Origin: Terriglobia bacterium
Lineage (GTDB): Bacteria > Acidobacteriota > Terriglobia > JAJPHL01 > JAPKYU01
DNA: 64,000 nucleotides
Direction: 5' to 3'
Assembly (NCBI GenBank): GCA_965206645.1
Contig: CBDBKE010000003.1
Location: 416,001 to 480,000, forward strand
Both the position numbers and the translations under genes were made by a program. The notes beneath the pieces were generated by a model. It was not told where the DNA came from, ran no database searches, and was given only the letters and a program-made list of their open reading frames with translations. Below, piece by piece: positions 58,281-64,000 of the stretch; the stretch's first letter is position 1, and the number at the start of each line of letters is the position of its first letter.

Positions 58281-61156
58281 ATGGCAAGGCAGACAAAGCG
58301 GCTGGCGTCGTTCGCAATCCCAGTAATGCTAACGATGGCAGTCCTCTCCTTAGGGGCCGGTACCGCAGCCGCCCAGGGCTGGGAAGACTACTTCGAGGGA
58401 ATTGAGCTCCATGGTCGTTGGACTATCGAGTACCAGGGCAGACCGGGCCAGCTATTCGGGGCCCCGGGATACCTAGCCAACAAGCACGTTGGGTACTATG
58501 ACAAAGACAACGTAACGCTTAATCAGGGAGCCCTTAGCCTGCGTCTGACCCAAGTTGAGGGTAACGGAGACGAGGTGATTTCTTGGGGTGCCCTAATCTT
58601 CACCCAGGAGAAGTACGGTTACGGCACCTACGAGTGGAAGATGAGGATGTCTTCCACGGCTCTGCCTACCGATCCGTACGGTCCAGGGTCTCCCAAATCA
58701 GGAAGTGTCTCTGCCGGTTTCATCCATGTGAATAACTCGGAGACAGAAATCGACTTTGAATATTCAGGTCATGTTTTACTCCCCCAAGACACGGACCCTT
58801 CCAACGACGCAAGGGTCTATATGGGAAACTGGTACAATCAGGGCACGTCTACTGATCCTGCGAGCACGGAGTCCACTTTCTCTACGGTGACGGTCGACGG
58901 TGCCAACACTGGCTTTCACGAATACAAGTTCATCTGGGAGGAGGGGAAGATCACCTTCTTTATTTACGACGAGTCAGGGACGACCCTCATTTATCAGACC
59001 GAGCACACAACGAATGTGCTAAGCGCCCCCGCACACTTGGATCCGGAATTTCCATTTTGAGCTTCCTCTTCACCCGAAAAGCTATGCCTCGTACCCTGTC
59101 GTGTCAACCGCAAACAGCTCTGGCCTCTTTGAGGTGGTAGTGCGGCACATTTTGGCTGTTCTTCGGAGTCGCTGTGCGGGGTTCGCCTGCCCAGCCTGCC
59201 GCGCCGCTGACACTTATCCGGCCCGACCACTTCTGAGCACCTAAAATTACCCTCTCTCCCGGTTCGCTAGCCGTCTGGCAGCGGCAGTGCCGAGATCGTT
59301 CGCAGCATGCTGCTGAACAGCCTCCGGCTCAAGTGCCCTTCGGCCAGCAAAAGCCAGTAATATCGCGCATGTTTCACCAGCCGTCCTCCCGTTTTCACCA
59401 ACCGCTGTTGCAAGCTCGTCAGGGACCAGTTCCCGATTCTCTGTGGCAGCACCAGTCGCCGCCACAGGTTGCCGAGATTATAGGCAATGATGGTGAGCCA
59501 CAGCCGGACCTCGTTCGACCGGAACCGGTGACAACTGAGCCGCGTCATCTTCACTGCTTGCTCTCCTTCTTTGATCCACTGCTCCGCTGTCCCCCGCTTG
59601 TTGTAAAACCGCATCACCGCCCGACTTGGCAGAGTCAAGTTCGTAACGATAAACCCTACTCGCGGGAACAGCTCCCCTGGATGATGCTCCACCTTGGCCA
59701 CCACCCTGCGGGCTGTCTTCCAACTGGCCGCTTGGTATAGAAAGCCCTTGAACTCCACCAACGGCTTCTTGCTGGGTCTCCCCACCGGCCGAGTCAGCAA
59801 CTCCTCAATGTCCCGCTGTAGGCTGTCGTTAGCCGGGATGCGGATGGCGTACTTTACCTCCCGCTCCTCCAGAGCCTCGTAAATCTCCGGCTTGGCAAAG
59901 GCCGCGTCGGCACGAAACACCACTTCCTTGCCCAGCTGCTGCTGCCGCTCGATCTCCGGCAGGAGAAGTTCTTTCCAGTCCTCGGCGCTGTGCACGTTGC
60001 CCGGTCGCAGCTTGGCCGCCAGACAGTCACCCTCGCGATTGAACAGCAACAACGGGTGATAGCAGCTCGACTCGAAATGCCCGTTGTAGGCACTCTGCTC
60101 CTGCTGGCCGTAGACCGGAATCTCGGTCGAGTCCATGTCCAGCACCACCCGTTGCGGGGAATCCATAGCTTCCGCCCTGGCGATTAAATCCCGGTTGATC
60201 GCTGCCAAACCAGCCAGGTTCTCATCTTGCGTCAGTAGTTCTGTCTCGAACGATTGCAGCCGGGAAGTCAACGCGGCTCCTCGCTCCCAGATCTTTTCTG
60301 AACCGATCAGCCGGAACGTCGGATCTTGAGAGAGCCGTTCCGCGTCATTCATATCTTCGTAACCCGCCAAGCGGCTGTACACGGACTGGCGCAGGAGGTC
60401 AGCAAAGGGCAACCGTGTGTTCTTTCTCCGAGGATCGGCCAAGTGCTGTTTGATGAGTTCTCCGAATCCCAAATGTTCGTCTGATTCGCGCACGAGGATC
60501 AGGCCGCCGTCGGAAGTAACCCGCGACCCCTGGAAATCGACCTTCAATGCAGCATTGAAAGAGAACTGAAAGGGCTGATTTTGCCTCTCACCCACTCGGT
60601 TTCTACCTCCGGAAGCTGTATTGACGCTGGAACCGGCATAAATATTGGCGTCGGAGGTCAGTATAAGGTTAGCTTTGGAGTTTCAAAACGGAAATCCGGG
60701 TTCATGATCAACCACTGGGGAACGAATAACCCGAATGGGTTTGGGGGTGGGGCAAACATTGTAGATGATCGATACTTCTACGTGGACTGGGTAAAGTTTA
60801 CGCCGCAGGAAGGCGCGCCGCCCCCGCCGCCAGGCCCGCCGGCTGCCCCGAGCGATTTGACGGCCAGCGTAAAAAGTTCAGGCAAAGGCAAGAACAAAAT
60901 AGTCGAAAAGGTACTTCTGGCCTGGCAGGATAATTCCACCAATGAAGACATCTTCATGATTGAGCGCTGCGAAGTCGTTGGGAAGGGAAAGAATAAAAGG
61001 TGCATCGATACAAGCTGGACGGTACCTAAAAACAGCACCACGTACTCCGATATTACCGTTGCAGGCAGGACGACGTACCGATACCGGGTGAAGGCGAAGA
61101 GCGACGCCGACGGCGATTCACCGTTCTCGAACATCGCGCAGGCCAAAACACCATAG
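58281..61156 (+). pseudogene. Secreted GH16 glycoside hydrolase + FN3 domain, interrupted by IS1380
   Basis: Signal peptide, YGYGTYE, EIDFE and FHEYKFIW...APAH before the IS. After it come FMINHW...YVDWVKF and FN3 (PAAPSDL, WQDNS, YRYRVKA). Confidence 0.85.
59042..60700 (-). mobile_element. IS1380-family element copy 2 (transposase 59267..60595)
   Basis: 442-aa transposase identical to copy 1; two substitutions in IRR. Confidence 0.94.
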
Positions 61157-61326
61157 GCTGCGACCCTGGCACTCCGAACTCTGACAGGACTGAAAGCACT
61201 TCTGTCACTTATATAACTCCTACATTTGTAGTGACCTATGCGGCCCCCGCAGACTTCCATCGGCAGCCGGAAGGATTTCCTTGCCACTAGCCTGGACCTT
61301 GAGATAGAAGGACGCGGCGAGAGACC

Positions 61327-61989
61327 ATGCATCTGGTTGGCGCACGCTGGGCGGTGATCTGGCTGTTGGTGGTAGGTTGGTGTGGCTCGGCTCGCGCGCA
61401 GGATTTTCCCCGGCAAGCCAGCCAGGTGGCCGCGGGCACCACGCAGCAGCAGGAGGACACCCGCTCCGGCGCAGGCGATGCCCGCTGGCGTCGTGGCGCC
61501 ACCGAGTGGGGGATTCTCTCCGGCGGCGGCCCGGCGATTGTGGGTGGCGTGCGCGACCGCGGCTTTTGGTTTGTGGCCGGGCGCTGGGGACGCCAGATCA
61601 CTGCTGACCGCGGCGACTCCTGGGCGCGGGGCCATCTCCAGTACGCCATCGAGGCTATGCCACTTTACCTGCATTTCCAGTCCGAGACCGTCTACGGCGC
61701 GGGCATCACTCCCTTCCTGCTCCGCTACCACTTCACCCGCAGTCGAAAGCTTGTGCCGTTCCTGGAGGCGGGCGCCGGAATCTTGGCGACCACCGAGCAG
61801 GTGCCGGAGGGCACCTCGCGCTTCAACTTTACTCCGCAGGCCGGAGTAGGACTCCAGTTCGTGACCGCATCCGGACCGGCCTGGACCCTGGGCGTACGCT
61901 ACCACCACACGTCGAACGCCGGGATCGCCCGACGGAACCCCGGCGTCAACGCGATCGTCTTCCACGCCGGGATTTCCTGGTGGAAATGA
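61327..61989 (+). CDS. Acyloxyacyl hydrolase / lipid A 3-O-deacylase (PagL-like) barrel
   Basis: PFLEAGAG, FNFTPQAG and RYHHTSNAGI..NPGVN. Confidence 0.85.
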   Translation: MHLVGARWAVIWLLVVGWCGSARAQDFPRQASQVAAGTTQQQEDTRSGAGDARWRRGATEWGILSGGGPAIVGGVRDRGFWFVAGRWGRQITADRGDSWARGHLQYAIEAMPLYLHFQSETVYGAGITPFLLRYHFTRSRKLVPFLEAGAGILATTEQVPEGTSRFNFTPQAGVGLQFVTASGPAWTLGVRYHHTSNAGIARRNPGVNAIVFHAGISWWK

Positions 61990-62061
61990 AACAGCTCGTC
62001 CCGTGGCGCTCCCCTCTTGCGCCCCATCTGGTATGGTGTGTGGGCTGGCAGGTGAGTCCCC

Positions 62062-63363
62062 ATGGGCGAGATGCAGTCGCACACGCTAAACGCTGAACGT
62101 CCGCAGCCGCCCCGGTTGTATCGCTGGGTCGTGCTGGTCTTCCTCAGCGTCGCGATGGCGGGCAACTACTACGCCTACGACAGCATCAGCCCGCTGGCCG
62201 ACGTTCTGAAGCAGCAGTTGGGCTTTTCCGATTCCAACATCGGCCTGCTCAACGCTATCTACAGCATTCCCAACGTCTTCATGGTGCTGCTCGGCGGGTT
62301 TCTGATTGACCGCATCGGCACCAAGCGGGCCACTCTCATTTTTGGAGTGCTCTGCCTGCTGGGGGCGGCGCTGACGGCCGCCACCGATCGGCTGGCGATG
62401 ATGGCTGCCGGAAGGCTGGTCTTCGGCATTGGCGCCGAGTCGCTGATTGTCTCAGTCACCACGGCGCTGGCCAAGTGGTTCCGCGGCAAGGAACTCAGCT
62501 TCGCCTTCGGCCTGAACCTCACCCTCGCCCGGCTGGGCTCCTTCGTCGCTCTGAACTCGCCCACCTGGGCGGGCCGCTATTACGAGCACTGGCAAGGGCC
62601 CCTGCTGCTGGCGGTCGGCTTCAGCGGATTTTGCGTGGCAGGCGCCATCATTTATTGGCTCCTGGAGAGCCACGCGGAGCAAGCCTACGAACTGGGCCAG
62701 ACTGGGGCCACCGACAAGGTGGTGTGGCGTGACATCTTTAAGTTCAGCAAATCCTACTGGTACATTGTGGCCCTCTGCGTCACCTTCTATTCGGCCATCT
62801 TTCCCTTCCAGACCTTTGCGGTGAAGTATTTCATCGAGGCGCACGGGACCTCGCGCCAGACCGGCGGCTTCCTTTCCAGCATGCTCACCCTGTTCGCCAT
62901 GATCGCCACGCCGCTGTTCGGCCTGCTGGTGGACCGGGTGGGCAAACGCTCGCTGCTAATGATGTTCGGTTCGCTGCTGCTAGTGCCGGTGTACCTGATC
63001 ATGGCCTACACGGGCCTGTCACTCTACATCCCGATGGCCATGATGGGCGTGGCCTTCTCGCTGATCCCGGCGGTGATGTGGCCTTCGGTGGCCTACATTG
63101 TGGATCAGCGCCGGTTGGGCACTGCCTACGGGTTGATGACCATGATCCAGAACATCGGGCTGGCGGGTTTCAACCTGCTGGTCGGATGGGCGAACGATTC
63201 TGCTGGCGCCAGCGCCGCCAACCCCGGCGGCTATGCCCTGGGGATGTGGATCTTCTCCGTCCTGAGTGTTTCCGGCGTCTTGTTCTCCTGGCTGTTGCGG
63301 CGTAGGGAAACCGGCCCGCACGCTCACGGCCTGGAAACGATCGTTACAGGATCTCAGCGGTGA
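62062..63363 (+). CDS. MFS transporter
   Basis: GFLIDRIGTK and GLLVDRVGKR motifs; ~12 TM segments. Confidence 0.92.
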   Translation: MGEMQSHTLNAERPQPPRLYRWVVLVFLSVAMAGNYYAYDSISPLADVLKQQLGFSDSNIGLLNAIYSIPNVFMVLLGGFLIDRIGTKRATLIFGVLCLLGAALTAATDRLAMMAAGRLVFGIGAESLIVSVTTALAKWFRGKELSFAFGLNLTLARLGSFVALNSPTWAGRYYEHWQGPLLLAVGFSGFCVAGAIIYWLLESHAEQAYELGQTGATDKVVWRDIFKFSKSYWYIVALCVTFYSAIFPFQTFAVKYFIEAHGTSRQTGGFLSSMLTLFAMIATPLFGLLVDRVGKRSLLMMFGSLLLVPVYLIMAYTGLSLYIPMAMMGVAFSLIPAVMWPSVAYIVDQRRLGTAYGLMTMIQNIGLAGFNLLVGWANDSAGASAANPGGYALGMWIFSVLSVSGVLFSWLLRRRETGPHAHGLETIVTGSQR

Positions 63364-63394
63364 ACATAGCTACGTTTGGAAAGTTTAATCAATT

Positions 63395-64000
63395 TTAAAT
63401 CTTCTCTGTGCGAGAACTCTCCAGTCTGAAATCTCGCAGCTGCGGGTACACATATTTGAACTTTGCTGTATGCCTATAACGGCCTTCTCCTGCCACCTCA
63501 TACTGAACTTGTAGGCGAACGAGTAGGCCACCTCGATCGTTTCTGATATCCCGAAGTTGGTCGGGGGATAGCATCGCATTATTGTGGTTAATGACGGGTC
63601 CTTCCGGAAAAATCTCGCAGGGAGGCTGTTCCTGTTCTTTCCCTACTGGTTGCCACCCTGCTTGATTGTCTCCGAAAAAAAATGCGACGCTAATTCTGAC
63701 GTCAGCCGCTGGGAAGGCACCAAAGTTCTTTGTTTCAAGGGAAATCAGGAAGTGAGGATCGTGGGGTGGTTCCTGCCGTTTGCACTGCGAGATTCCGAGA
63801 TATGGCCTGTGAGACAGGAGGAAAGCTTTTTGCGCGATCTCTGCAGAGTTTTTAGCTGCTTCCGCGGTGCTCTTTGTCGCCTTGAAAAGCTTCGCAGTGT
63901 AGATCACATAAGCGACAGTCGCTACAGCGATGATGAACGTGAATACGGCACTGAAAGAGGCGGGATCTCTGAGACCGCCGAGTGGATCGATGGGAAAAGC
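63395..64000 (-). CDS. Membrane-anchored hypothetical protein, start beyond the window
   Basis: The frame is open to the window edge: TM segment FTFIIAVATVAYVIYT, then AEAAKNSAE and RPYL...KNFGAFPA. Lower GC than neighbours. Confidence 0.65.
   Translation of the reverse strand, partial: AFPIDPLGGLRDPASFSAVFTFIIAVATVAYVIYTAKLFKATKSTAEAAKNSAEIAQKAFLLSHRPYLGISQCKRQEPPHDPHFLISLETKNFGAFPAADVRISVAFFFGDNQAGWQPVGKEQEQPPCEIFPEGPVINHNNAMLSPDQLRDIRNDRGGLLVRLQVQYEVAGEGRYRHTAKFKYVYPQLRDFRLESSRTEKI

Noticed and set aside
60778-62082. 434-aa minus-strand ORF
   Set aside because: Shadow of the FN3 tail and the acyloxyacyl hydrolase gene.

Overview
GC-rich bacterial chromosome segment that looks Acidobacteria-like by gene content (inference). 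It spans the replication origin (mnmE-jag-yidC-yidD-rnpA-rpmH / dnaA-oriC-dnaN, 40.2-47.8 kb). The first ~24.7 kb is a heavily rearranged island that ends at an integrase and tRNA-Arg(CCT). The island holds three copies of a 1250-bp IS3, two identical-length IS1182, IS1380 copies and remnants, an IS30, IS21/resolvase and integrase remnants, a half tRNA-Val, a cas1 relic and a scrambled secreted-protein gene. The most striking signal is an IS-on-IS relationship. IS1182 sits at exactly the same TATA at the foot of a 30-34 bp palindrome inside two IS3 copies, in opposite orientations. The one uninvaded IS3 copy instead carries a 27-bp in-frame piece of the IS1182 transposase gene (antisense) next to that site, plus a point change that shortens the palindrome. 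Other highlights are a probable DUF3179 selenoprotein with a SECIS-like hairpin, a TonB receptor read through into foreign sequence, a kinase-TPR protein with an extra GAF-like tail, and integrases sitting at the 5' side of tRNAs. Several frameshifts may be assembly errors. All family assignments are from motif recognition by eye; no searches were run.
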